Source: a virus. From it: 64,000 bases of DNA. The position numbers were made by a program, and so were the translations under genes. Of this stretch, positions 9,984 to 20,409 are shown one piece after another (the first letter of the stretch is position 1; the number at the start of each line of letters is the position of its first letter). The DNA is taken from positions 1 to 64,000 of the IMG/VR virus record IMGVR_UViG_3300043313_002348. One strand, written 5' to 3'. The notes under the pieces were generated by a model. The model worked only from the letters and a program-made list of their open reading frames with translations, did not search any database and was not told the DNA's origin.

Positions 9984-10391
9984 CTACACGCGAACGAACG
10001 CGGGAATGGTCTCGAGGCCGGCGAGCCACGCGGCGTAGAGCTCGATCGCGCCGACGAGTGCGCGTCCGTACCCGGGTCGGTTCGCGTCAGGTGACCACAC
10101 GATCGGACGACACGCCGCGTAACCGACCGTGCGGAACACTGCCACGAGAAGATCGACCTGCTCGCCGAACCACTCGGGATCGTATCCCGCGGCCTTCGCT
10201 GCCCTAGGTAAACCACCTACCGGATACGCCGCGCTCACCGTAAGTTCACGTATCCGAAGCTGAGTGAGCTTGTATCGCGCGCGCCGGTTGACACTACCGC
10301 TAGCCGGCGGACCATCACCTGCGAGGCGCGTAACGTCAAATCCTATGTAAGTAAGTTCCTCAAGCTTACTTACCTGCGCTACCTTCATCAT
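9984..10391 (-). CDS. Hypothetical protein
   Basis: ORF in the operon with GGAAGG RBS. Confidence 0.5.
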   Translation of the reverse strand: MMKVAQVSKLEELTYIGFDVTRLAGDGPPASGSVNRRARYKLTQLRIRELTVSAAYPVGGLPRAAKAAGYDPEWFGEQVDLLVAVFRTVGYAACRPIVWSPDANRPGYGRALVGAIELYAAWLAGLETIPAFVRV

Positions 10392-10737
10392 CCTTCACTT
10401 CCCTTCCTGCTTCATCATCGTAGTTCTGGATTGCCCGCTCGACCTCACTTGGAATGATCTTGTGCTCCAACACTCCTTGAACTGTCTCTAACGCGGTAAG
10501 ATCAACCTGACGCGTAACACCACGCTGAATGAAGTTCGCGAGTTCACGGAGATAATTTACCACATCGTTGGTTTCGTCCACGTCGAACTGAAAGATACCT
10601 ACACCCGACGTGACCCAGATCACACGCCCGTTCTGGTTGAGGTACGACTGAGGTACGTCGTGCTCGGTCTCGAACACGTTGATCTTCCACGTACGTGGCA
10701 CTGTCAGCACATACGAGCCTGTCACGATCCTAAACAA
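10366..10737 (-). CDS. Hypothetical protein (paralogue of 17497-17751)
   Basis: Shared HDVP...Q.GR...F.FD.D pattern. Confidence 0.55.
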   Translation of the reverse strand: MFRIVTGSYVLTVPRTWKINVFETEHDVPQSYLNQNGRVIWVTSGVGIFQFDVDETNDVVNYLRELANFIQRGVTRQVDLTALETVQGVLEHKIIPSEVERAIQNYDDEAGREVKDDEGSAGK

Positions 10738-10755
10738 CTCTCTCCCTCCACCTCA

Positions 10756-11448
10756 TTACATGTCCTGATACGTACTAGGCGCGAGTCCTTTGAGTTGTCG
10801 TAAGATCTCCTGCGCGAGTAGTCGGATCTCGGCGTCCGCCGACGGGGTGTTACGTTTGGTGATGAACTCACGCCAGGCGCGGTGGTTGCCCGTGACGACG
10901 ATTCTCGTCTCCGTCATGTTCGGCAGGACGCAGCGCGCGGCCTCGCGCGCCTGCTTCCGACTCACGTCGTAGTTCGTGACGATGTGTTCCACGAGCTGGC
11001 GGTAGCGGCTTAACGCGAACTCAGCTACCTCACCCGGGATCTCCGCGTCGTCGATGTTGTTAGGTTCACCCGTGGAACGCATGAGAGGTGGGATGACCAT
11101 CTCGGCCGCGCCCTCGTTCACAAACCTCTGGGAGAGCTGTGAGAACGATAAGTGCCTGTGACGAACCAGCTCGTGGGTGAGCGAGCGGGACACACCCGTG
11201 ACGTAGAACGTCGCGGACGCGTGTTCAAGTACGGAGAAGTGTTCCGAGTCGATGATGTGCCGCAGGTAGTCTTGGTTAGCCGCGGTGGCTGAGTTCGGCT
11301 TGCTCCACGACTGGTAGCACGCCCGGCCGGCGAACTCGGCCAACTGATCCGGCTCCTCGTCATCAGCCGAGTGATGCCACACGTGATCTGTCGCGTTCTC
11401 AGCGGCAAACGAGTAAAACTTGGTCTCCGCGACCAATCTTACCTTCAC
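10756..11448 (-). CDS. thyX: Flavin-dependent thymidylate synthase
   Basis: HFSVLEH, RHRHLSFSQLSQR signature, AREAAR.VLP and N.RAW. Confidence 0.95.
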   Translation of the reverse strand: MKVRLVAETKFYSFAAENATDHVWHHSADDEEPDQLAEFAGRACYQSWSKPNSATAANQDYLRHIIDSEHFSVLEHASATFYVTGVSRSLTHELVRHRHLSFSQLSQRFVNEGAAEMVIPPLMRSTGEPNNIDDAEIPGEVAEFALSRYRQLVEHIVTNYDVSRKQAREAARCVLPNMTETRIVVTGNHRAWREFITKRNTPSADAEIRLLAQEILRQLKGLAPSTYQDM

Positions 11449-11592
11449 TTGCGTTTCTCCGTTCCTCCACCTACGGTTTCCTAAGATCTAGCGTAACATC
11501 TTCCGCCGTCTTCCTCATCTCTTCCTAGTGAGGACAGCGCGTGGGCGCCTCGTTTCCCACGCGCTGCCTCAGCTCCCGTGGGCAACGTTCCC

Positions 11593-12117
11593 CTAGTGCT
11601 CCACCAGGTACTGCGCCAGATCACCTGGGCTGACCGTGTTAGGGGCGTAACCAGGCTTAAGATCTACACCCGCGTCGTCGCGGTAGTGCCAGTCGACAGC
11701 CTCCGAGCACATCTCGTTGTCGTCAGGATGATCCTTACTTCCACGTGTGATCTTCGCGCCGAACCAGCGGAGAATGAACATTCCGATCGCGGGCCAGTCA
11801 TAGCCCTTGTCGAGGTCGTTCCTGGCACCCGCGGCGATGGCGTCCCGCTGAACGTCGGTGAGTGGGATGTTAGACCACACCCACTCGTCCACCCGACTGC
11901 GCCGAAGACGAACGCCATTAGGCATGGCCTCGACGATGTCAATGTAGCCGGCCACAGCGTCAGAGACCGCGATACACGCGTGACCCCAGCGGGAGAGAGT
12001 GCCGTAGCGGACCACGGCCATCGCGAGGCCAGTTCCTCGCTGCAGACCGAAGTCACCACGTAGCGGTGACCCGGACGTAGACGAGTGGGCGAGCTGCGGA
12101 GCTTCGGGGTTGGTCAC
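11593..12117 (-). CDS. Permuted papain-like (NlpC/P60, YiiX-like) amidase
   Basis: WGHAC...EAMP.GV...GYDW...MCSE.V...SPGDL; GTG at 12117 with AGGAG RBS. Confidence 0.7.
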   Translation of the reverse strand: MTNPEAPQLAHSSTSGSPLRGDFGLQRGTGLAMAVVRYGTLSRWGHACIAVSDAVAGYIDIVEAMPNGVRLRRSRVDEWVWSNIPLTDVQRDAIAAGARNDLDKGYDWPAIGMFILRWFGAKITRGSKDHPDDNEMCSEAVDWHYRDDAGVDLKPGYAPNTVSPGDLAQYLVEH

Positions 12118-12124
12118 AGCACTC

Positions 12125-12721
12125 CTACGAACTAAGCTCGGGAGCTTGCGTGAGTTCAAGCTTCTGGGCGAGCTGCTCCCGCGCGGCCGCGAGCGCCAGG
12201 GCCCGCTGATCGTCCGTGAGCTGCAGGCGGTCGAGGCTCGCGATCAGCATAGCGAAGACGACCCGGGTCTCGGCCTCCACGTTCGCCACCATGCGCTGCG
12301 ACACCTCGGCGTCGATGGCTGCCTTGGCGACCGTCGCGAGGTGGTGACGCTCACGCCGCGACTCCCGATTTAAGTCGATGATACCAGCGGGAAGTCCCAG
12401 CTCGGCCGTCTCGCCGTTCACGCTGACCTCGAGCTCGCGGATCTCGTCGAGTCGTCGCGCGGCCTGCTGCACGTGCGCGTCCAGCCACGCGGCGCGCGCG
12501 GCGGAGCGCCGAACCTCGAGTAGGAGTGCCTCGTCAGGAGTGACGTCGAGTTCGGTCGCGAGTCGGATTGCCATACTCCACGCCCTCCTCACTCGAATTC
12601 GGTTACCGCCGTGCCAGCGGCAGGTGCCGTAACCCTCGTGGTTGGTACCCGCACCCGCGGCTTGCTTACACCGCCGCATGTTCACGCGCAGCGCGCCGCA
12701 GGTAGGAAGTTCGACGTCCAC
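12125..12721 (-). CDS. Probable terminase small subunit
   Basis: CGA...C...CRWHGG zinc motif followed by helical region. Confidence 0.65.
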   Translation of the reverse strand: MDVELPTCGALRVNMRRCKQAAGAGTNHEGYGTCRWHGGNRIRVRRAWSMAIRLATELDVTPDEALLLEVRRSAARAAWLDAHVQQAARRLDEIRELEVSVNGETAELGLPAGIIDLNRESRRERHHLATVAKAAIDAEVSQRMVANVEAETRVVFAMLIASLDRLQLTDDQRALALAAAREQLAQKLELTQAPELSS

Positions 12722-12763
12722 TCTACCAGGGTACGCTGACGTGCGTGCGCGAAGGCTCGGTTA

Positions 12764-13261
12764 TCACGTCGCTAAAAGCTCAAGTACGTCGTCCTCGGGA
12801 AGACGAAAGACGTCGGCGAGCTCCGGCGTGAACATCTCGAGGTCGTGGTTCGGGTACGCGGGATCGAACGACGTGGCGTCCCAGATACCGAGGCGCGTCG
12901 CGTCCCAGTACCACGGCGCGAACACGTAGGGTTCGACCGGTGCGGGGTCGCCGCGATACGCCGAGTCTTGGAACTTCGAGTGAGTGTAGAGGATCTGAAA
13001 CCCGCGGTCCGATACCCACTCACGCAGGGCGTACGCGGCTACCTCACCGTGGTACACGTCGCTCACCGGTCGGTAGGCGTCGTGAAGCAGCGCGATCACC
13101 ACGAGTTCCGCGGACGCACCCTCGTCCTGCGCCCGCGTCGCGGTCTGCACGTTGTGATCACGTTGGTTCACCCGCGCCTTGGCAGGATCGAAATCGCGAA
13201 GTTCACGACAACGTTCGAGTAGGTGAAGCGCGGTCTTGAGCTCGTGAAGCTGGCGCGACAC
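12764..13261 (-). CDS. HD-domain protein (PhnZ-like subfamily)
   Basis: DHNVQTATRA...ALLHD...HGEVAA...TH motifs. Confidence 0.7.
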   Translation of the reverse strand: MSRQLHELKTALHLLERCRELRDFDPAKARVNQRDHNVQTATRAQDEGASAELVVIALLHDAYRPVSDVYHGEVAAYALREWVSDRGFQILYTHSKFQDSAYRGDPAPVEPYVFAPWYWDATRLGIWDATSFDPAYPNHDLEMFTPELADVFRLPEDDVLELLAT

Positions 13262-13450
13262 TAGGAGGCCTCCGCTCGCGTGACCGCCGCGCAGTCCTCA
13301 CACTGCAGGTGTCGATCACCGTAGAAGCAGTACACGACCTCGAGTACGTCACATTCGTCGTCGCAGCGGTCGCAACGTGCGGTGATCCGGACTACCTCCG
13401 GCGCGGTGAGCACCTAGTCAGAGTAGCGCGTCGGGGGTAGCGGTTGCCAG

Positions 13451-13789
13451 CTACGGGACGACCGTTGGCGGAGCCGTAGCGGGGTCGGAGCCGATCGACT
13501 GTAGGCCCACCCGGAGCGCGCTCTTTCGCCAGATACCGAAGTAGGAAGTCACCGAGATAACGTAGGCGATGACCGCGTTGAAGACCGCGACCTTCCACTC
13601 GAACCGCATACCACCCTGAGCGTCGTTGTACCACATCGTGAGAAGAGTGGCGACCGCGTCCAGCGCGAGAAGCACCACACCCTTGACCGGGCTCGAGGTC
13701 GACCACTTGGTGACGAGCGCGACCAGGAGTGGTAGCCCTACCGTGATCAGTAGCGTGAGGACTCCGACCAGGTTAAGTGTGTAGATCAC
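13451..13789 (-). CDS. Putative holin
   Basis: Three TM segments directly downstream of the endolysin. Confidence 0.7.
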   Translation of the reverse strand: MIYTLNLVGVLTLLITVGLPLLVALVTKWSTSSPVKGVVLLALDAVATLLTMWYNDAQGGMRFEWKVAVFNAVIAYVISVTSYFGIWRKSALRVGLQSIGSDPATAPPTVVP

Positions 13790-14844
13790 GTCTTACCTCC
13801 CGCGGTAGGCGTGGACCCCGCGTCCGCGCCCCTGTTCAGCACGTCCGAGATCGCAGCGTGCGTCCGACTGTACACCTCGTCGTAGTCGACGGCCCCGGTC
13901 GTACCCGCAGGTAGGTTCTCCACCACGTCGGCCGCGATCGTCGAGGCCAGTGAGTCGAGCTTCGCCGCGAGGTTAGACACGAGCGGGGTGACGCCGTTCA
14001 TCACGCCGTTGACCGCGGCCTGCGTCTCGTCCCGCAGGTACGTGTGCGACTCGTCACCTAGCGCCTTGATGACCTCCTGCCGTACCGCGTATAGGAAGCC
14101 CGCGGTGTCGTTCTTAAGCTTGTACGCGACCGCGTCGGCGATGGCGTTCCGGTCGTCCTGGTCGAGCGTCGCCACAACGTCTCCTCCCGTTAATCTTGCC
14201 CAGTCCACCACACTGCCGAAGAACGAGCTGAGGTCCGTCCGGTCTGACATTCCCGGTATGTTAGCCGACGACGTGAACTGCCACGCCACGGGAGTCCACC
14301 CGTTGAAGGACGTCCGCGACGTCGGCATGAAGCCCGCCGGCGGCGCCTTGTCGCCGTACGGGTACGCCGAGTCCCACCACGGGTCGGCGGTCGGCAGCGT
14401 CTTCCAGTTCTCTCCCGCGTGTCCCTGCAGCCACCACCGCGGGAAGTAGTCGAACTGTCGACGCCCGAGCGCGTCGTTTAAGACCGCCCGACAGGTCTCA
14501 ACCTCGGCGCGTGTCACGTGCGCACCGCCGGTGAAGTCTTCGACGTCGAGCATGAAGGCTACCCCCGCCGTACCCCCGCAGATGGCCTTGACGTCCCCGA
14601 CGAACCTCCGCGCGTCGGCGACGTGGTCGTTACCTGGGTAGGGAACCCAGTAGGCACCAGGCCGCAGTCCAGCCTTCACGATGCCACTGAGGTTGCGGGC
14701 GAAGTACGGGTCTAAGCTGTTACCTACACCCCAGCGGGGAACGGCCGCAAACACACCACCCTGCGTCTTCGCGGCGGTGAAGTTAAGTGTGCCACTGACA
14801 CGCTCGTTGTCGTGTCGTGAGCAGTCGATGACCTTAAGTGCCAT
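13786..14844 (-). CDS. Endolysin, GH25 muramidase
   Basis: VIDCS, GAYW, MLDVE, AWQFTS and TDLS motifs. Confidence 0.85.
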   Translation of the reverse strand: MALKVIDCSRHDNERVSGTLNFTAAKTQGGVFAAVPRWGVGNSLDPYFARNLSGIVKAGLRPGAYWVPYPGNDHVADARRFVGDVKAICGGTAGVAFMLDVEDFTGGAHVTRAEVETCRAVLNDALGRRQFDYFPRWWLQGHAGENWKTLPTADPWWDSAYPYGDKAPPAGFMPTSRTSFNGWTPVAWQFTSSANIPGMSDRTDLSSFFGSVVDWARLTGGDVVATLDQDDRNAIADAVAYKLKNDTAGFLYAVRQEVIKALGDESHTYLRDETQAAVNGVMNGVTPLVSNLAAKLDSLASTIAADVVENLPAGTTGAVDYDEVYSRTHAAISDVLNRGADAGSTPTAGGKT

Positions 14845-15200
14845 GAGCAACTCTCCCCTCGGCGTCATCGTAGACGCCGAGGGGGAGTCATCACTACCCG
14901 AGACTTACTGCCAACCAGACGCGTCCTCCACTTTACATCACCTCCGGTCCGCTAACACCTAGGCTCTAGGTCCAGCCGGTCGTGTCTCCCACTGCCGTCA
15001 CCTCCGGCTTCGCTAGTACCTCAGAGTCGACCCACCGAAGTGCCTAGAACCAACCGCAGCTACACTGCACGATGATCACCCCGTCTTCCTACCACCTCGA
15101 ACTTCCTAACCCCCGCACACGACGCGAGTCCAGGTCGCGCATCAGGTCCTTACGTCGATCGTAACCGAGATAAAGATCGACGTCAGGCTTTTCGTCGAGG

Positions 15201-15452
15201 TCAGCGAACTTCTTCCTCGAACGTTCCAATCGCAGGTTGCCACTCGCGATCAGGACCCTCACGCTTCGACGTCTCGGCGTGACCCGTGAGCAACCTCACG
15301 CCGTCCGCGAGAACGTTCATGAGGTTGATAGTGGAGTAGACGATCACGGTGATCACTACCCAGTGCACAACGAACCAGAGCGGGGTGTCCCCGAAGAAGA
15401 GGTGATCGAACCACGATTCAACGTCACCGCCGCGGGCAAGTATCAGGATCAC
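15201..15452 (-). CDS. Small membrane protein
   Basis: One hydrophobic segment; abuts the esterase gene. Confidence 0.45.
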   Translation of the reverse strand: MILILARGGDVESWFDHLFFGDTPLWFVVHWVVITVIVYSTINLMNVLADGVRLLTGHAETSKREGPDREWQPAIGTFEEEVR

Positions 15453-16261
15453 TAGCGATTCCTATCGTGCGTGAAGAAGTCGAGCACCCGCTGGGCTGCC
15501 CAGCCGGGAGTGGCGTGACCACCGCTGGTGATGTTGTAGATCAGCATGCTGTCCCGGGTCGCGAGCGCGGACTCCTGACTCATGTTCGGGAACGTGAAGT
15601 TACTCACGCCCACGCCGCCGAGTAGTGGCACGGTCGTGTCCGCCGTGCCGTGCATGTGGTAGGCGTCCAGCCGCGTTCCTGGGTGGATCGACGCCCACCC
15701 GCTGAACATGGCGCAGGCAGAGAAGAGAGTGGGATACTTCGCGGCCATGGTCCACGCCATCGCGGCGCCGGCCGAGAATCCCGCAACGAAGATCTGCCCG
15801 AGGTCCACGTTGCTGAGCTCGGTGAGGTCAGCCGCGACAGCCACGAGGTAAGCTTCGTCGTTCTGACTTCCACCTGGCCAGCCACCGCCTACGTTCCACG
15901 ACCCAGCTACCGCCTCGCCGAGGACGAGTGTGTAGTCACGCAGGATGGCGTGCCTACTCCAGCCGGACTGCTCGGGATGACCCGGGATGACCCAGAAGGT
16001 GGCCTCGGCGTTCGCGGCGTCGTGCGCGGACGCGTGAAGTCCGACGATCGCGGGACCCGGCGTCGACGCCACCCGACGTCGGATGAGGTAGGTACGTCCC
16101 GACGGTAGTGTGACGCGCGTCATTCCCGCCGGTGGAGTGGGAACAGCCTGCGCCTCCGCCGCGCCGAGTAAGATCTCGTACGCCTCATCTACCACGAGCG
16201 TTCCTCCGATCACGAGCGCTCCGGCGTTGAAGTAGCGTCGGGAGAACTCACGTGCGGTCAC
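15452..16261 (-). CDS. Alpha/beta-hydrolase (PHB-depolymerase/LpqC-like esterase) with twin-arginine signal
   Basis: SRRYF, AGFSAGA nucleophile elbow, HGTADTTVP and GGH. Confidence 0.8.
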   Translation of the reverse strand: MTAREFSRRYFNAGALVIGGTLVVDEAYEILLGAAEAQAVPTPPAGMTRVTLPSGRTYLIRRRVASTPGPAIVGLHASAHDAANAEATFWVIPGHPEQSGWSRHAILRDYTLVLGEAVAGSWNVGGGWPGGSQNDEAYLVAVAADLTELSNVDLGQIFVAGFSAGAAMAWTMAAKYPTLFSACAMFSGWASIHPGTRLDAYHMHGTADTTVPLLGGVGVSNFTFPNMSQESALATRDSMLIYNITSGGHATPGWAAQRVLDFFTHDRNR

Positions 16262-16908
16262 GGTAACGTCAGCAGTTCACCCGTGAACGGGTCGACCGCG
16301 AACAGCGCGGCGAACTTCGCGACGGCGACACGCGGGTCGTCCTGCAGGAAGACGTAGTCGTACAGCCACGTGTGGGGTTGGTGGTTTCGGTCGTGTATCA
16401 GGTACCTCGGTGGCGCCGGTGTCGTCGGAAAGAGCGTCTCGAACGCGGTCAAGACGACCGCGTCGAACGTCAGGTCAACGACCTGGCTGAGAGTGTACGT
16501 GTCGTCGGTCAGAATCTCGGATCCCAGTAGATCACTGACGACCGTCGTGAGACTGCCTTCGCGCGCAAGGATCGCGGTCCAACCACCGAGACACGCCGCC
16601 GTACCGCATAGGTCAGATCTCTGCTGAGTCATCCTCAAGGTGTGAGTGTCGAGGGTAACCCACACCGCCTGGCGGTGCTTCTGAGGTTCGGCGTTCACCT
16701 GGACGATCACGCGACTCACGAGCTCGCGGTTCCACTCGGCGGGCTTCCACCACTTACGCCTCCGAAGCCACGGGGACACAGCGGCGTACACGGTCGCCGT
16801 TCGATCACGGTCTAGCGGGGTAAGCCCCTCTCGCTTTTCCGCCACGCACGTGTCGATCTCCGTCACGACGTTTCCTCCTTCCTCTAAGTTACGGGTAGAT
16901 CGTACCAA
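16258..16908 (-). CDS. Hypothetical protein (paralogue of 17748-18365)
   Basis: WNREL...Q..WVTL...CGTAACLGGW...TGEL. Confidence 0.65.
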   Translation of the reverse strand: MVRSTRNLEEGGNVVTEIDTCVAEKREGLTPLDRDRTATVYAAVSPWLRRRKWWKPAEWNRELVSRVIVQVNAEPQKHRQAVWVTLDTHTLRMTQQRSDLCGTAACLGGWTAILAREGSLTTVVSDLLGSEILTDDTYTLSQVVDLTFDAVVLTAFETLFPTTPAPPRYLIHDRNHQPHTWLYDYVFLQDDPRVAVAKFAALFAVDPFTGELLTLP

Positions 16909-17496
16909 CCACGTGCCGGGTATTCACACAGCCGTGAGAGATGCTACCGCTACCTACTCTTACCTCTTACTGACCTCGCGATCAGCGGTCGTCACCACGA
17001 CCGAGTGAGTCGTGGTCGGCGCGACGACGTCCGGATCACTGCAGATCCCGGCCGGCGCGACGGTATCCGGGCTGAGGTGGATGACGAGGGCCATGAAGCA
17101 GGTGATCACGTGTTACCTCCGGTAGTTAGGATCGAGTGGTACCCACCACACGAGTTGCAGTGCCAGCCGACTACACGTGGATCTTCGAGACTGAGGTGAA
17201 AGGCAGTGAAGTTAGTCCCAACTATCCGATCGCAGTAAGAGCAACGCGCGGGCGCACCCGGAATTACCTCAGCCAACGTCGCCGGTCGACTCTTAATCAC
17301 AAAACTTCGACGGAGCGGCCACCACCGCTGCGTCAGTAGTGCGTGAGGGTAGAATCTCACACTTCATCCTCGTCATACCCGTACACACGCCGCCTCTGCG
17401 CCCTGATCTTGCGGCTCTTGACCTCGTCCGCGACGAGGTAGATGACCAACCCGAGGCCAAACCCGGTAATCACCAGAAGTAGCCAGCCCGCGGCGT

Positions 17497-17751
17497 TCAC
17501 GTCGTGACCTCACCCTCGGCGTACGTCGCGACGTTCCGGCGGACACACTCGGCGAGCGTCTCAAGTTCAGCGGCGACCACCTCGGCGTCGTCGGCGTCGA
17601 ACGTGTGAACGCCGAACGCCGAAAGCATCATCACCGCCCGACCACTCTGGTCGATCCCAGTGGTCGGAACGTCGTGGTCGACGTCGATCACGTAAAGGTT
17701 AACCAGGTGATCGACCTGAGCCAGTCTCGGACGACCGCGGAGCTGCCTCAC
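17497..17751 (-). CDS. Hypothetical protein (paralogue of 10366-10737)
   Basis: Sequence similarity seen by eye. Confidence 0.5.
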   Translation of the reverse strand: MRQLRGRPRLAQVDHLVNLYVIDVDHDVPTTGIDQSGRAVMMLSAFGVHTFDADDAEVVAAELETLAECVRRNVATYAEGEVTT

Positions 17752-18365
17752 CGAAGTTCACCGGTCCGCGAGTCGAGGTTGAAGAACGCGGCGAACCGCG
17801 TCACGGCCTCGGTTGGCCTCATGACGGTAAACACACACTGCTGAAGCCACGCGATCGGCGAGTTCTTGATTAATCCGAACTCACCGAGCTCGTCGTACTC
17901 GCCGGTGAGCGTCGTGACGAGTTGTGGGAACAGAAGTCGGTGTGCGTTCTGCCAGATCTTCCTTCCCCACACGTTCATAACTCCGGAGCGCGCCTGAAAC
18001 GGCACGTCACCGACGACGTCACGGTAGAGTGAACCGAGGTTGGTCCCCTGACCCAACGTGGTGACCCAACCCGCCAGACACGCGGTGGAGGCGCACACGT
18101 CTCGCGCCGGTATGTCACTCAACGGGGTCGCGTCACTGAAGTTGTGCACGTCGGCGCGCAGCGCGACGTGATCCGCCAACGTAACCCACGACTCCTGCAC
18201 GTACGTGTCCGGCTCCGCGGCGACGTGCTTGAGTACCTGCGACGCGAGCTCACGGTTCCACGTGAACGGACCGCGGGAGATGTCATCGAGGTCCCACCAG
18301 TCGAAGGACCGAAGTTCCTCCTGAACATCCTCGTACACCTTCGGAGATATGTTAAGAGTAACCAC
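17748..18365 (-). CDS. Hypothetical protein (paralogue of 16258-16908)
   Basis: WNREL...QESWVTL...CASTACLAGW...TGEL; GGAGG RBS. Confidence 0.65.
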   Translation of the reverse strand: MVTLNISPKVYEDVQEELRSFDWWDLDDISRGPFTWNRELASQVLKHVAAEPDTYVQESWVTLADHVALRADVHNFSDATPLSDIPARDVCASTACLAGWVTTLGQGTNLGSLYRDVVGDVPFQARSGVMNVWGRKIWQNAHRLLFPQLVTTLTGEYDELGEFGLIKNSPIAWLQQCVFTVMRPTEAVTRFAAFFNLDSRTGELR

Positions 18366-18425
18366 GTACGTTCCTCCTTCCTCACGTTTTCATACGCCCG
18401 ACAGTAGCAAGTCGCCGCGGTTCGA

Positions 18426-20168
18426 TCACCGCAGGGAGTCGAGACGGGCGAGGTAGTCGAGACCCGCCTCGGTCAGCCGCAGGGGGTAGCGGTGAGTCTT
18501 AAGGTCTACCGCCCCGAGCTCCCTGTCTAGCATCCCGCGTTCCCACAGCGAGTAGACCGTCTCGGAGCGGACGGTCACGAGCTGGCGGAGGCCGTCGCGG
18601 AACTCGTAGGGTGGGAACTCGTTCTTGGTGAGCATACCGACCTGGGCGGCGCGCATGAGCATGACCTGCGCACCGGAGAGGCGAGCACCCGCGTCGAAGA
18701 TCTCGAGCGGGTGGGTCGTCCTACGCCTGACCACGGCCTCTCACACTTCCTGAGGTTCCACGTCCGTGACGTACTCGTTCGCACTGGGATCCCAGTGCAC
18801 GATCGCCGCACCTGGGTAGAGGGCGAACTGATTGTTAGGATCTACCATCTCGGACGCCGCGGTAAGCGCGGCGCCGACATTGGTGTCGTCGTCGACGAAC
18901 TTCATACCCGGCGACCAGTAGGCGCCGGGACCACCCTGCCGCTGCCACACCTCGTAGATCGGGTTAAGATTAAGACGGAGCACTAACCTAACACCTTCTT
19001 CATTGACGTGTGAGAAGATCGAGGTATATCTACATCACCTAGAAGATCTTCACTACGCTTCCTCTTTCCTCGAGAGTAAGCTGGAGATGGCCTGCCACCT
19101 CTGCCGCGTGACAAGTCGACGCACCTCGTCCACCTCGCGGTACCGCGGATCGTCTTGCCGGTACATCTGGAGGAGGGCGCAGGTCGTGAGCGTGACACGC
19201 TCGTCCTGGGTTAGGTAGAGCGTGATAGGCACGGTCTTCTCCCCCAGCTCTACCTCGGAAGTCGCCTCGTGATCGATCACGACGTCAACCTGGGAGGACA
19301 GGAACACGGATATGACTCGCTCCTCGTGCGTCCGCAGTCCGGGCACACGTACACGCACGTGCAGTTAGCCGGCTCCTCCGCGCACCCGTGGCATAGGAAC
19401 ACGCCACTACCGAGATATAGCTCCGTGGCCATGTTTGTGCAACCTACCCGTGTACACAGTCCCGCTTCACCGTCGAGGGCCATCGTCACTTCCTCGATCC
19501 CTCCTCAGAGGTCTGCTGCGGAGAGGTCACACGTACCTCCGCGCTTCCGCGTACACCCGCGCCAACTCCTCCCACTCTCCCCGTGCCAGCGACCCGTAGT
19601 GAGTTAAGACACGGATCAGCGGAGGACTCAGGATCTCGGGGTGCGCGCCGAAGAGGTCGCGCCCTTGCCTCGTGATCTTCTCCTGGACCGTGGAAAACTG
19701 ACCCAGCTCGGGTGTGCGAAGAAGATCACCAAGTGTGTCACGGAGTACGGAGATCACACCGCAGCAACGAGGTAAGAGGTTACCCTCCGGGTTGAGCACG
19801 TCTACCCACTCGTGATCGGCGAGCGGCTGGACGTGCACGGTCTCGAGCTCGAGCACCCGCGCGCAGAGCTGATCCAGGAGGTCTTCCTGGGCAAAGCGTC
19901 GCCGGGTCTCAGATTGTGAGTTTTCCTTGATGGACCACCCCGCGGAGTCGCTGGCGCCCAGCTCGTCCGCCCACTCGGCGTCGGCCGCTAACTCCTCGGC
20001 CAGCCGCTGCACCGAGTTCAGCACCTCGTCCCGGTGGGTCACGCAGGTGGAGCGGGGACGGTGGATCGAGACGTCGTCACGCCAACAGCCGCGGGCCGTG
20101 CCATGCTGGCCGTCTTGGTCACCGGTACCCTCTGCGCTACCTAGTGATCGCGCGTCGCCGATCGTCAT
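18426..20168 (-). CDS. Run of small hypothetical genes (18426-18734, 18741-18983, 19053-19358, 19277-19489, 19527-20168)
   Basis: Tightly packed co-oriented ORFs, several with RBSs; no recognisable motifs; starts uncertain. Confidence 0.45.
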
Positions 20169-20409
20169 CTCCTCACCTTCCTTCCTACTCCCTCACCAGT
20201 CACGTACCCGGTCGGTTTGAGGTTGCAGGACTACCCTACCAGGTACCCCGGCGGGTATCTTCACACCGTCGTGTACGTCCGCTGATGGGATTTTCGACGG
20301 GAGATCTGACGTCTTGTGTGGGTATCCGCAGGAGGTCACCCGGCACCCACGGGAGCACCGTCCAAAGTAGACGGTGGGCGCTAGTCCGTTTGGTCTACGG
20401 CCTTGATCA

